Notes: generated from the sequence alone by a model not told the origin. 64,000 bases of DNA from an uncultured Gemmataceae bacterium (GCA_963750165.1 CAVVPN010000011.1:928001-992000), one strand, 5' to 3'. Shown: positions 22,630-33,800, numbered from the stretch's first letter. Numbers and translations are program-made.

Positions 22630-25600
22630 GTCTCGTCCTCCACGTCCATGTTGTCCAGAGTCTTGACCCAGAGGTTGACGGCCGGCTCCACGTCGCGCAT
22701 GGAGCGGTTGGCCCGGAACTTCAGATGGCGGGTGTGCAGGGTCTTCAACTCGGGGTGTAGGTACTCGTGGAGCAGCGGCTTGGCCGCACCGACCTCGCGC
22801 TGGTACTGCAGCGCCACCCCCAGCTTGTCGTACTCCGAGGCGATCAGACTCCAGGCGTCGAACAGGTCCTTGGCGTAGTCACTCACGCGCTTGCGGATGG
22901 CCTCCACGCTATCCGCGCTCAGATCCTTGTCGTGCTCCGCAGCCCGGCGGCTCAGCAAGTCCACGACGAAGTCCAACCGGGCGCGCTCCCGCAGAATTTC
23001 CATCGCCCCCTTCGGCGCCGTCATGGGCTGGTGCGCCTGGCGGGCCAATGCCACGAGGGTGCCTGCCAGGCCGCGGTCCAGCGCCCGCGGCGAGAACGGC
23101 GTCACGCTCGTGGCCTCCACGTTTCGGTAGAAGGTCTGGTGGTACGCGGCGAAGCGCTCGTAGTGGGAGCGGTCCCGCGGCCGGTTGAGGTTCAGGAGCG
23201 TGACCACCAGCCCCGGGCGGTCCGCGTCGCGGCCGACGCGGCTGGTCGCCTGGATGTACTCGGCGCACGCCTTGGGCTGGGAGAGCACGACCATCAGGCC
23301 CAGCCGGGTGATGTCCAGGCCGACGGAGATCATGTTCGTGGCGATGGCCACGTCCACCTGCCCCTTGTCGCCATACCGCAGCGCCAGGCGGCGCTTGGCG
23401 TCGGCAACCTGGTCGGTGCTCACCCGCGAGGTCAACTCGACCGGCTCGTAACTGATCGCGCGGTCGGCGAACAGGCCGGAATGCTCACCCACGCGCTTCC
23501 GCCTGCTGCGGTTCGTGATCTGGGTACTGACCTCATCCTCGATGATGCGCCGCGTGCCGCCCAGCTCGCGCAGGCTGTTGAAGTAGCCCAGCAGGGTCAT
23601 GTACGGGTCGGCCGGGTTGTCCTTGTTCTTCGCGGCGCCGGCTTCCTCATAGCACTTCTGGGCGGCGCCGAGCAGGGCCAGGTACACGCGCAGCAGGCCC
23701 ACCTTCGGGCTGCGGCCCTGGGCGGCGATGGCCACATACAGCCGGGCGTTGCTCTGTGCGGGCGTGTGCGTCTGGGCGAAGAAGGAGTCGCGGCGGTCCG
23801 GCCCCGGCGGCGGGAAAATGTCCACTTCCTTGCGGCTGAACAGTGCGCGGATTTGCTTCTCGGCACGCCGCACGGTGGCGGTCGAGGCGACGATTTTGGG
23901 CCGCACGGTGCGGCCGCCGATCTCCCGCGCACACAGCGCGTCCAGGGCCGTCTCGTACAGGCCGACCATCGTGCCCATCGGCCCGGAGATCAGGTGCAAC
24001 TCATCCTGGATCACCAGGTCGGGCGGCGGCAGCGGGGCGGGCAGCGGCGCCCCGACATTCAGTTCACAGGGGCCGAAGAAGCCGTCGCGGTTGTAGCGCT
24101 CCACGCGGCCGAAGAAGCCGCCGATCGGGCCGGTCCACGGCATCGCCGCGAACTTGTCCACCGTGGCGATCAGGAAGCACGGCAAGCGCCGGTAGATCGG
24201 CTCGTCCACGGCCAGGATCGGCAATGGGTTGCGGGCGCCGAACTCGCATTGGCGGTTGAGGCAAATCACCCGCAGGTTGAGCGGTTGGTCGGGGTTGGGC
24301 ACCAGCTGGAACGAGTTCGGCCGAAACGGCTCGCCGCACCAGGGACACAACTCCAGCGGGATCGGCGCGGCCTTCTGGTCGTTGTTCTTGTAAGCGATGG
24401 TCTTCGTCCGCGCCGAAAACTTGTTGCCGTCGTTCTTGGCGCCCATCTCGTTGGGGGTGGCCGCACGCCCGACCCACAGGCCGATCTCGAACGGCCAGTC
24501 GCCCAGCTTCGTCACGTCGCGCTGCCGTTCCAGTTCCAGGGCACAGATCAGCGCCGCGGCGCGGCTGAGCTGGTCCAGCGTCAGCAGCCGCAGGGTGTAA
24601 CGCATCAGCACGCTCAGGCCGGCGGAGGTGATGCCCGGGTTACGCAGGCGGCGCAGCACCAGCGTGAACGCCGCCAGCCCCAGGTACGCCTCGGTCTTAC
24701 CGCCGCCCGTCGGGAAGAACAGCAGGTCCACCACCTCGCGGTCGGCGTGCCCCGGATCCACGACGCCGCGCAGGTTCATCAGCAGGAACGCCAGCTGGAA
24801 CGGCCGCCATGTCGGCTTTTCCACCGCGACGGGTTCCTTGCCCAGCAGCTGGCCGGTGCGGCGGCGCTGGGTGACGGCGATCACCCCGTTGGCGATACGG
24901 AAGGCGTCCAGCACCTGGGGGTCGGCCAGCAGCGCGATGCCGGCCTCGATCCGGTCCGCGGCGACGCTGGCCCTGCGCAACAGCTCCTCCGCCGTCTCCC
25001 GGCGCTTCTTCGGCTGGTCGGGCACTGCTGCTTTCTGGGCGTCGATCCAGGCCCGGTACTGCGTGACCAGGGCCGCCAGTTCGGCGCGGGCCGCGGCGCC
25101 GTCGGACAGCTGGGCGAGCGCCTCCATGCCGAGTTCGACGCCCTGGATGGCGGCCGGGGCAACGCGCTCCACCTCGGCCCGCGGCACCCAGCAGGTGTGG
25201 ACCTCCCGGCATTTCCCCTCGGCGTCCAGGACGGCATGCGTCGAGACGCCGTGGCCCACGGCGTACTCGAAGGCGTCGCGGTATTGCAGGTCGGCGACGC
25301 GCTCGTCCCAGTCCTCCGCGGTGAGGCCGCGCACGTTCGGCCGCGGCACCAGCGGGGTGTCGCTGTGGACCTCCAGGGCGGCCTGAAAGCAAAACGCCGC
25401 GTCGCGCTCCGCGTCCGGGGCGGGCTTTCGCCGGTTGACCAGGAACACCGCCACCGAGCGCGTGCCCCTGGGAAGCGCCCCCTCGAACGGCCCGCCGCCC
25501 CGGGAGTCGCGCGCCACCAGGGCCAGCCGCAGGCCGTTGCTATTCGGCACCTCCTTCTCGACCAGCCCTTTGCCCGCCACCTTGAGGGTCATGGTTTCGG

Positions 25601-26024
25601 TCCGGTCCACGCGCTGCCAGTGGAACGTGGCGGGGCGGGGCGGGGAGGCGACCAGGCCGTCGGCACTGCCGAGCGGTTTGTAATCACCCCAGCGGACCAC
25701 CACGCGCAGTTCCTTCGTGTCGGCGGACGCCAGCAGGCTGAGGCCCAGCGAAGAGGGGAAGATGACGCGGCGGGCGTTGGCGGGTTCGGGGGTCACGGCG
25801 TCGTCGGTGCCGCCGGCCTCGTTCTGGATGTCCACGCCCTCGGTGGCGGTGTCGTCCGTCTTCTGGTCCTCAGGCGCGTCGGCGGGCACCAGGAAGCCGG
25901 TCAGATACCAGCGGGAGGGCGTCTGCGGCAGGGTTTCATTCAGCAGGTGCGCGTCGCCGTCCGGCCCGACCAGGTCGAGGTTGAGGGCGTGGATGAGCGC
26001 CTGGCGGACATCAACGGGGCGCAT
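22626..26024 (-). CDS. drmA: DISARM SF2 helicase
   Basis: PSRWYLTGFL, FFPTGGGKTEAYL, MRYTLRLLT, IQDELHLI, ATNMISVGLD and YIQATSRVGR. Confidence 0.92.
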   Translation of the reverse strand: MRPVDVRQALIHALNLDLVGPDGDAHLLNETLPQTPSRWYLTGFLVPADAPEDQKTDDTATEGVDIQNEAGGTDDAVTPEPANARRVIFPSSLGLSLLASADTKELRVVVRWGDYKPLGSADGLVASPPRPATFHWQRVDRTETMTLKVAGKGLVEKEVPNSNGLRLALVARDSRGGGPFEGALPRGTRSVAVFLVNRRKPAPDAERDAAFCFQAALEVHSDTPLVPRPNVRGLTAEDWDERVADLQYRDAFEYAVGHGVSTHAVLDAEGKCREVHTCWVPRAEVERVAPAAIQGVELGMEALAQLSDGAAARAELAALVTQYRAWIDAQKAAVPDQPKKRRETAEELLRRASVAADRIEAGIALLADPQVLDAFRIANGVIAVTQRRRTGQLLGKEPVAVEKPTWRPFQLAFLLMNLRGVVDPGHADREVVDLLFFPTGGGKTEAYLGLAAFTLVLRRLRNPGITSAGLSVLMRYTLRLLTLDQLSRAAALICALELERQRDVTKLGDWPFEIGLWVGRAATPNEMGAKNDGNKFSARTKTIAYKNNDQKAAPIPLELCPWCGEPFRPNSFQLVPNPDQPLNLRVICLNRQCEFGARNPLPILAVDEPIYRRLPCFLIATVDKFAAMPWTGPIGGFFGRVERYNRDGFFGPCELNVGAPLPAPLPPPDLVIQDELHLISGPMGTMVGLYETALDALCAREIGGRTVRPKIVASTATVRRAEKQIRALFSRKEVDIFPPPGPDRRDSFFAQTHTPAQSNARLYVAIAAQGRSPKVGLLRVYLALLGAAQKCYEEAGAAKNKDNPADPYMTLLGYFNSLRELGGTRRIIEDEVSTQITNRSRRKRVGEHSGLFADRAISYEPVELTSRVSTDQVADAKRRLALRYGDKGQVDVAIATNMISVGLDITRLGLMVVLSQPKACAEYIQATSRVGRDADRPGLVVTLLNLNRPRDRSHYERFAAYHQTFYRNVEATSVTPFSPRALDRGLAGTLVALARQAHQPMTAPKGAMEILRERARLDFVVDLLSRRAAEHDKDLSADSVEAIRKRVSDYAKDLFDAWSLIASEYDKLGVALQYQREVGAAKPLLHEYLHPELKTLHTRHLKFRANRSMRDVEPAVNLWVKTLDNMDVEDET

Positions 26025-26120
26025 GCGATCCCTTTCTTGTGTGGCGTTCGGCGTTGGCGTCTTCCTGGAAACGCTCTGGGTGGGGAAGTGCCCAGAGATT
26101 CCTTTCCCAACAGTTTTGTG

Positions 26121-26438
26121 TCAGATGTCGTCAGGACCGACCTGGTCCTGGGTGGCATGGCGAACGCGCAGGACGTTGACCGTCTGGTCATCAATGGTGA
26201 ACAGCACGCGATACACGTTGCGGCGCCGGCCGTAGAGCAATTGGCGCAGGTCCACGCCGAGGTCGTCCGCCTCGTCGGCCGCACCGTAACGGTTCGGGTC
26301 GGTTTCCAGGTTCTCGACGATGCGGAGCAGGCCGGATCGCCACCGAGCGGCCCGCGCTGCGCTGGTCCATGCTAACCACGTCATCGTGGCGGAAATGTCG
26401 GACCGGGCGCGAGGTCGAAAAACGACCTGGAAGGGCAT
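26121..26438 (-). CDS. Type II TA toxin, RelE/ParE family
   Basis: FQVVFRPRARSDI...LETDPNR...LRQLLYG..YRVLFTI...VNVLRVRH pattern. Confidence 0.85.
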   Translation of the reverse strand: MPFQVVFRPRARSDISATMTWLAWTSAARAARWRSGLLRIVENLETDPNRYGAADEADDLGVDLRQLLYGRRRNVYRVLFTIDDQTVNVLRVRHATQDQVGPDDI

Positions 26439-26441
26439 CGT

Positions 26442-26702
26442 TCACTCCCCCTGTTCAAGGGGAAGGTTGAATTCCGCCGCCAGTTCCTTCAAGAATTCCC
26501 GCGCCGGCGTCCCCCGCCCGGCCCGCACGTCCTCCAGCGCCTCACGCAGGATCGCCAGTTCCTGCTCGCGGTCGTAAGGCTCCGCCGGCGGCGCCAGGTC
26601 GTCGGGGTCTGCCAGTTCGACCCGGACCCGCGCCCCGTCGGGCAGCTGCACGCCGCCATCCAGGACAATCGCCCCATTCACCACCGTGCCTTCGAGTGTC
26701 AT
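26442..26702 (-). CDS. Putative cognate antitoxin
   Basis: Small acidic protein 3 nt upstream of the toxin. N-terminal GTVVNGAIVL..LPDG.RVRV (DUF104/AbrB-like) and C-terminal EALEDVRAGRG.PA.EFL helix. Confidence 0.7.
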   Translation of the reverse strand: MTLEGTVVNGAIVLDGGVQLPDGARVRVELADPDDLAPPAEPYDREQELAILREALEDVRAGRGTPAREFLKELAAEFNLPLEQGE

Positions 26703-26813
26703 CGTTCACCTCCCCAGGCTCAACCACCAGAATCGTAACAGGCCGCCGCGCGCCCGAACAGCCCAGGCGCTCGGCGCGACAGCGTCTCCGTGGTGGCCGG
26801 CTCGGGCGGGCGC

Positions 26814-29800
26814 TCAATACTCCAGTTCCGGCTGTTGCGGGTCGGCCGGCTTGGCGGCGCGGCCCTTGCGTGCCTTCTTCGGCGCGGGGGTTGCCGCGGC
26901 GTCAGACGGTTTCTGCCCGGACCGTTTGCGGTTCAGCTCCAGCAAGCGGGCCAGCACCTCATCGCGGAACGCATCAGGCCAGCGGTAGCGCCACGGCTTC
27001 TTGCGTGACCGGCCCTTGCCTTCGTTTTTCTCCTCCTCTTCTACGTAATCCAGGATGAAATCCCAGGTCGGTTGCAAATCCTGCCAACCGTAGGCGTCGA
27101 GCACGGCACGGTCCATCGCCGCGTGCAGTTCGCGCAGTCCCAGGATGTCCGCAGAGCGCTCGTGCGGGTCGTGGAAGCGGTTGTAGGTCTTCGTCAGGCC
27201 CTCGTTGTTCTTGACCATCAGGGCGGCGCGGAACTCGTAGTACGCTTTGCCGACCGCTTCTAATCGGCTGTGGGGCAAGTTTTCAACTTGCCCGGCCGGT
27301 TGGAAACCGGCCCCACATTCCAGTACCCCTTCGGGAAACGGGAATGTCTCGAAGCAGAGCGAGGGGGTATATTGAAGATCATCCTTGAGAGTACTTGACT
27401 GAAAGCGCACCCAAACTTCATGGACGCGAGACTGTAAGACGGCTAAATACTTCGATTTGTCGAATGGAACCACTACTATCTTGTCATTTAGAACTTGTCT
27501 GGCGGGAAGAAAAGTAAACGCAAAGGCATTCCCCACACGAGCGATCCCAAGGATGGTTTGCATCCCGCGGAGGATTGAACGTAATTCGCTGCGTTTCTCT
27601 GCGAACTGCCACCAGAATTTCCGATATGTAGCGCGATTGTCAGACAATCGCGCTGGTCTCACCATTTCTTCGACAATTCGCATAAGATCTGGCCATTGTC
27701 GAGCCTGATCTTCACTCATGTCCTCAAAATCGATTATGAAGCGATGAGCAGTGTGTGTTGGGTTATCGTTGACCTCTTCACCGCCGATGTACGGGAAAAT
27801 TCGCTCCGCGTTCCGCTTGTCCTTGGCGATCAATTCGTGCATGAGGCTGATGGGGCTTGCCACACCGTCCTTGTCAGTGTCGTCGAAGGTGAAACCCATG
27901 CCCAGCACAATGTTACCCTGAAAACTCTTGTTCGCGTTGGGGATCAAGGGCATCGGGTTTTCATGCCCGCCGGCGTGGAACAGATAGGCGGTGATGAGGA
28001 CCACGCTTTTGTCGTCAAGCAGAAACGGCCCTTTCAAGGGTCCTTTGAAAACGTGAATGACGCTGACGACAACTGCGGCCTCCCCCGGCCATTTCATGCG
28101 CCGTTTCGCCGCGTAGATGGTGCCGCCGTTGGTGCAAATCCAGCGCAACCCGGTGGCGCGGGTATCTCCCTGGGCAATGGTGTTGGTGGCGATCAATCCG
28201 AACGCCCCACCATCGCAAAGCAGGTTGAACGCGCGGCGGAAGAAGTGCGCCACCAGGTCGGCGTTGCCGTGCGACTTCTCGTGAACTGCTTTGAGCCAAT
28301 CGGGGTAGCGTTCGTGGTTGCCCTCGGCGACCGTGTTTTTCCCTGCGAAGGGCGGGTTGCCCACGATCACGTCAAAGCCGGGGTTGTCGCGGCTGAAGAC
28401 CTCCGGGAACTCGATCTCCCAGTGGAAGGGCTGCACGGGTTTCGGGCCGTGGAGCAGCGCCTGTTCCCGGTCAGCCGGTCGCAGGGACAGGTCGCCTTTG
28501 GCCAGGTACTCCGTGAGCGCCGCCAGCAAGGTGTCGCGATACGCTTTCCGCTGTTTGTCGGTGGTCCCGGCGAAGAACGCGGCCACGACCAGGTTGCCGG
28601 CAAAGCGGACCAGGTTCAGGCTATTATCAGCCGTTACCAAATCCTGGCTTTTCTGGATCGGCGACATGAAATCCCCGGCTCCCAGGATTCTCAATCGGGC
28701 GTCGAGCGCGGCCTTGATGCGGTCCTCAATGTGCTTCTGGCCGAATACCAGTTGCGGGTTCGGGTTCCAGTGAAAGTCGGCGATGCGGTCGCGGCTCAGG
28801 CCGACCAGCGAGTCGCCGGGCCGTAGGGCGTGGTCGAGGAAGGTAAACGGGTGGTCCTTCGCCAGCGTGACCAGCCAGAGCGACAGCTTGGCCAGGTCCA
28901 CCGCCATCGGGTTTTTGTCCACGCCGTACAGGCAGCGCTGGGCGACCATGCGCTGCGCGAACAATTCGGGCGTCTCATCGTCGGGCACCTTGGGCATGGC
29001 GCCGTGGTGTTCCCAGGCGGCCACGAGGGCGGCGCCCAGCTGGCGGCACGCCTCCACCAAAAACGCCCCGGAGCCCATCGCCGGGTCGCACACCTTCAGC
29101 CCCAGGATCTGCTGCGGCTTCGGCTTCGGACCCAACCGCTCCAGCACCGGCCGCAGGGCGGTCTGCACAATCGGCCCGGTGAGGCTGCGCGGCGTGTAGT
29201 GGGCGCCGGAGCGGCGCCGCTCGGCACTGGGTTGCAGGATCATCGCCTGGCCGGCCACGATGGCGGGCGTCAACTCCTTCGCCACCTTGCGGTCCAGGGC
29301 GGCCACCACGTCCTCGGGCGTCCGCGCCGCCTTCAGCGCCGCCAGGGCCGGACCCGTGACCGTCTGTTCCGTCTGCTCCTTGAGCCATTTCGCCCGCCGG
29401 TCCGCCGGCAGTGCGAGCAACGCCTCCAGGTTGATCGTCACGGGCGCGCCGTGCTTCTTGGTGGGCTTCACCGCGACCGAGCGCCCCGCGGACCGCTCCA
29501 GCCGGAAGCCCATCATGCGCTCGTATACCGAACCGATGTGCTCCACTTCCAGGTGGCGGTACGACAGGTGTTCGCCGTCCACGATCAGCAGGTTGTGCAG
29601 CACGCGGAAGACGACGCCGTCGGACACCAGCGGCGGCCGCAGGCGGGCGTCGTCGCGGCGGTGGCGGTGCGGCCGGCCTTCGAGGAAGGGGTAGCGGTCG
29701 GGGTCGAACAGGTAGCCGTGCCGCGCCGGCAGGACCAGCGTGCCGTGCCGGGCGCCGTCGTGGACGAGGCGGAACAGCGTGAGCAGCTGGGCCCAGGCGC

Positions 29801-30833
29801 CGTAGCGCTGGTCCATCGTGTCGGGGTAGCGGCCAGCGTCGGCGCGGAGGCGGTCGAACAGGCCGGTGAGGGCGTAGTGGTTGACGAACAGGCGGTCGGC
29901 GGGGAGCAGGCCGCGGTCCTCGGCGTAGAGCAGGAACACCAGCCGCATGAGCACGGTGAGCAGGCCGGCGTACACGGTGTCCGGCGCCGCGGCGAGCACG
30001 TCGCGCAGCAGGTCGCCGTGGGCCTGGTCGTCGGCCGCCTGGAAGCCGCGCAGCAGCTCATAGAGGGCGGCGAGCACCTGATCGGCGAGCTGGTCGGACA
30101 CGTCGTTCTGATAGGCGCGGCTCTTTTTGAGGATGTGCGGCAGGCGCTGGCTGTCGTCGAGTTGAAAGACGCGCTCCACGGACAGGAGCATGTGCAGGGC
30201 GGCGAAGATGGGCCGGCCGGCCACCTCGGTCATGGCCTGGACGGGGAAGGTGACGTGGCCGGTGGACTCCTGCCGCGGCGCGTACACCAGGCGCAGGTGC
30301 GTGCCGTTGACGAGCAGGCCGATGGGGACGCGCGTTTCGCGCAGCAGGCGCTCGAAGCGGGCTTGCGGCGACGCCTGCCAGTGATGAGCGGCCGCGGCCG
30401 CGGGGAACTTGTCGAGTTCGGTGCCGGTCGGCAACACCTGAATGAGCAGGATCAGGGGCTGCACGTCGGCCCCGGGGCGCGGCAGTTCGCGGGCGGCGTA
30501 GGTGGGGCGGAGGGTTTCCTGGTAGTCGGTCAGGACGACTTCGAGGGAAGCGGGCAGCGGTTCGGCGCCCGGCCCGCCGAGGAGGTCGCCCGGCTCCCAG
30601 CCGAAGACGTCGCAAAAGAGGCCGGGCAGGTCGGTGACGGCGGCGACAGGGTGGGCGTCGGGCGTGGGCCGCCCCTCCTGGACCCAGTTGAGGAAGCGCT
30701 GGTGTTCGGGCAGGATGTTGCGGTTGACGTACGCCTGCGCCTGGAGCAAGGCCGGGGCCGAGACGACCAGGCCGACCGGCTGCAGGTAGCCGAGCCATTC
30801 CTGGTGCGCCAACAATTCGGGATCTTTCGCCAT
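26814..30833 (-). CDS. drmMI: DISARM class I N6-adenine DNA methyltransferase (about 1339 aa)
   Basis: Start MAKDPELLAHQEWLGYLQPVGLVVS, 4 nt after the drmD stop. GAHYTPRSLT, VCDPAMGSGAFL, GNPPF; the C-terminal target-recognition region is more AT-rich. Confidence 0.88.
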   Translation of the reverse strand: MAKDPELLAHQEWLGYLQPVGLVVSAPALLQAQAYVNRNILPEHQRFLNWVQEGRPTPDAHPVAAVTDLPGLFCDVFGWEPGDLLGGPGAEPLPASLEVVLTDYQETLRPTYAARELPRPGADVQPLILLIQVLPTGTELDKFPAAAAAHHWQASPQARFERLLRETRVPIGLLVNGTHLRLVYAPRQESTGHVTFPVQAMTEVAGRPIFAALHMLLSVERVFQLDDSQRLPHILKKSRAYQNDVSDQLADQVLAALYELLRGFQAADDQAHGDLLRDVLAAAPDTVYAGLLTVLMRLVFLLYAEDRGLLPADRLFVNHYALTGLFDRLRADAGRYPDTMDQRYGAWAQLLTLFRLVHDGARHGTLVLPARHGYLFDPDRYPFLEGRPHRHRRDDARLRPPLVSDGVVFRVLHNLLIVDGEHLSYRHLEVEHIGSVYERMMGFRLERSAGRSVAVKPTKKHGAPVTINLEALLALPADRRAKWLKEQTEQTVTGPALAALKAARTPEDVVAALDRKVAKELTPAIVAGQAMILQPSAERRRSGAHYTPRSLTGPIVQTALRPVLERLGPKPKPQQILGLKVCDPAMGSGAFLVEACRQLGAALVAAWEHHGAMPKVPDDETPELFAQRMVAQRCLYGVDKNPMAVDLAKLSLWLVTLAKDHPFTFLDHALRPGDSLVGLSRDRIADFHWNPNPQLVFGQKHIEDRIKAALDARLRILGAGDFMSPIQKSQDLVTADNSLNLVRFAGNLVVAAFFAGTTDKQRKAYRDTLLAALTEYLAKGDLSLRPADREQALLHGPKPVQPFHWEIEFPEVFSRDNPGFDVIVGNPPFAGKNTVAEGNHERYPDWLKAVHEKSHGNADLVAHFFRRAFNLLCDGGAFGLIATNTIAQGDTRATGLRWICTNGGTIYAAKRRMKWPGEAAVVVSVIHVFKGPLKGPFLLDDKSVVLITAYLFHAGGHENPMPLIPNANKSFQGNIVLGMGFTFDDTDKDGVASPISLMHELIAKDKRNAERIFPYIGGEEVNDNPTHTAHRFIIDFEDMSEDQARQWPDLMRIVEEMVRPARLSDNRATYRKFWWQFAEKRSELRSILRGMQTILGIARVGNAFAFTFLPARQVLNDKIVVVPFDKSKYLAVLQSRVHEVWVRFQSSTLKDDLQYTPSLCFETFPFPEGVLECGAGFQPAGQVENLPHSRLEAVGKAYYEFRAALMVKNNEGLTKTYNRFHDPHERSADILGLRELHAAMDRAVLDAYGWQDLQPTWDFILDYVEEEEKNEGKGRSRKKPWRYRWPDAFRDEVLARLLELNRKRSGQKPSDAAATPAPKKARKGRAAKPADPQQPELEY
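27269..27317. repeat. REP-like doublet inside the drmMI reading frame
   Basis: TGTGG-GGCAAGTT-TTC-AACTTGCC-C-GGCCGGTT-GGA-AACCGGCC-CCACA: two hairpins with GTGG feet in inverted orientation. Confidence 0.75.
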
Positions 30834-30837
30834 GACA

Positions 30838-33800
30838 TCACCCCGATACCGGCCAGAGGTAGACCAGGCCCACCGGCTCGACGCGGCGGGCCAGGATGCG
30901 GTACAGGCCGCGGATGCGTTCCGGTTCCTGCACCAGTTCCGTGTCGATGGCCGCCAGGCGCTGGTCCCAGTGGCGGCGGTTGGCCTCCAGCTGCCGCGTC
31001 TCGTCCGGGTCGAAGTCCAGCCAGCCTTGCGGGTCATTGTGCTCCCGGGCCGTGGCGGCGATGCGCTTCCGCTGGTTCTCCAGGATTTCGCGCATGGCCT
31101 TCGCCTCCTGGTCGCCGCGTTCGGCGAGCTTCACCTCCGCCTCCTCCCCCAGGCGTCGGCCGCGTTCCTCCAGGGCGGGCAGCAGTTCGCGGATGTCCTG
31201 CGGCCCCGCCTCCTGCAGCTGCTTGATGATGCCCGCGCCGACGGTCGGCGCCGCCCCCGGCAACAGCGCCGCTTCCAGCAGGTCGATTGTTTTTGCCTCG
31301 GCCTCACGGGCGTAAGGCGTCAACGGCTTGCCCTTGCGCTGCGATGGCTCCGCCCACCGCGCCGTGACGTGGATCAGCACCTCGTGCAGCCGGGCCGCCC
31401 CGGGGCCGTACAGGCACAGCCGGCCGAGCAGGACGACGCGCCGCAGCGGGTCCGCGGTCTGCGTCAGGCAGGCCCGCGAGAGGTCGTGAAAGACGAACCC
31501 CTGGGCGGTGAAGCGGCCGAGCAGGCGCTGCACGACGCGGTGTTCCAGGTGCAAGTGTACGGAGTCCTGGCCCATGTCGCCCGGGTCGTCAAAGACGATG
31601 GGCCGGATGGGCGCCTGCCGCCGCCACTCCCAGAGCGACTGGTCGCGGCGCCGCGGCGCCCGCAGCGTGTCCAGCGTGTCCGTCCAGCTCGAATCGGCGC
31701 CGGCGCGGCCCTCCAGAGCTGGGAACTGCCAGCGCGCCGTGGGCGATGGTTCGGCGGGCGCGTTCGCCAGCGTCTGAAGCGGGTCGGCCCCCATCAGCCC
31801 CAGGGCACAGGAGATGGCGGCGCGGAAATGGTTCTCCTCCAGGCCCACCCAGTCCTTCGAGTCCTTCAAGCGCGTCCGCAGCAGTTCCACCTGGGCCCGT
31901 AAATCCTCCACCCGTTCCCGGGCCTCTTCCAGTTCTTCCTGCACGGTGCCCTTGAACCGGGCGTCCAGGTCGGCCCGGTCGATGATGCCGGCGAGCCGGT
32001 CCACGTCGGCGTGGCGGATGCCGTTGGTGAGCGTGGCGGCCAGCTTGCCCTCGACCACCTGCGCGAGGCTGCCCAGTTCCTTCTTGATCGTCTCCGTCTT
32101 GCGGACCAGCACGCGGAGCACGCGATCCTCGGGGCGCTGGGCGTAGACGAAGTAGTGACAGAACACCTCCGGCCGGGGCTGCAGCTTGCGGTCGATGCGG
32201 CCGTTGCGCTGCTCCATACGGCTGGGGTTCCAGGGCACGTCGAAGTGGAACAGGTTCCAGCAATGGCTCTGCAGGTTGATGCCCTCCCGGGCCGCGTCCG
32301 TGGCCAGCAGGATACGCACGGGGTGCTTGCGCGGGTCGGTGTTGAACGCCCGCTTGATCTCCTCGCGCCTGGCCTGGGGCGTCGGGCCGTGGTAGACCTC
32401 GATGCGCTCGTCTGCGCGGTCGGTACCCTGAATCGCGACGGTCAGCTGCTCGCGCAGGTAACGCAGCGTGTCCTCGTACTCGGTGAAGATGAGCACGCGC
32501 ACGTCGTTCCAGCGCGGCGGTTGCTCCGGCGGCGCCGTTCCCAGGGGCGGGAGACCGGGGCACAGGGTTTCCCGGAGCCAGTCCACCAGCCGCCGCACCC
32601 GCGCATCCGGCAGGCTGCGGGACGCCTCCGCCACGCGGGTCATCGCATCGAGCAGGACTTGTTCCTCGCTGCCATCCGCCGCGGCCGGGCCGGTGGGGGC
32701 GCTGGCGACCGTGGCGGCCTCAATCTGCGCTTCCTCCTCGGCGGACAGCAGGGTTTCGGGCAAGGTCGCCCGCTCGTCGTCGCTGCCAATCCCTCCCCCG
32801 AGCAGGTCCAATCGGCCGGTGCTGGCCGTCAAGGCGGCCCGCTCCTGGCGCTGCCGCTCGATGGTGCGGCGGTGGACGCGCAGGGTCCGCGCGAAGGCTT
32901 CGATGGACGAGAGCAGCCGCTGTTGCAGTCCCGAGATGAGCAGGCTGGCGACCGCCTGTTTGCGTTTGGTTTCCTCGCGGAGTCGCTCCTCCCGCAGCCG
33001 GCGGTACTGGTCGAGCAATGCGGACAACCGCAGTTCCGGCGCCTCCGCGGGCAGGTTGTCGATGTCGAACTGGCGGACCACGCGCTGCGGGAACACTTCA
33101 TGGATCTGGCGGACATCCTCCTTGAGCCGCCGCACCATGACGGCTTCCAGCAGTTTCTTGTCCTTGACCGGCACGCCGCGGCAGAAGCGCTGCGGGTCGA
33201 GGATTTCCAGCAAGGCGGAGAAGCTGTTGGAGTGGCCGTTGTGCGGCGTCGCGGACAGAAACAGGCGGTGCTCGAAGCGCGGCGCCAGGTCCCGGATGGC
33301 CCTGGTGATCTTGGAGTCGATGGCGTAGCGGCCGCCGCTGGACGGCGCGGCGTGGTGGGCCTCGTCCAGGATGAGCAAGGCGCCGGCCCGGAAGTCCCCG
33401 AGCCAGTCGCGCAAGGGGCCGGCGTAGGCTTCGTCCACGAGCAGGCGGTGCGAGATGAGGAAGCGGCTGTGGGTGGTCCAGGGGTTGACCCCGTAGCCGC
33501 GCTCGCGGCGGACGCGCGTGACGAAGTCCTTGTCGAGAATCTCGAACGTCAGGCCGAAGCGGTTTTCCAGTTCGTCCTGCCACTGCTGCAAGACCGAGGG
33601 CGGGCAGGCGACGACGATGTCCCGGACCTTCTTGCGGAGCAGCAGTTCGCGGGCGATGAGACCGGCCTCAATCGTTTTGCCGAGTCCGACGTCGTCCGCG
33701 ATGAACAGGTTGACGCGCGGCAGCAGCAGGGCCTTGCGAAGGGGTTCCAGCTGGTAGGCGTCGATGCGGATGCCGGCGCGGAAGGGCGCCTGGAACAATT

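Noticed and set aside
30834..31037. ORF-track N-terminal extension of drmMI
   Set aside because: It overlaps drmD by about 200 nt; ATG 30833 just after the drmD stop is the better start.
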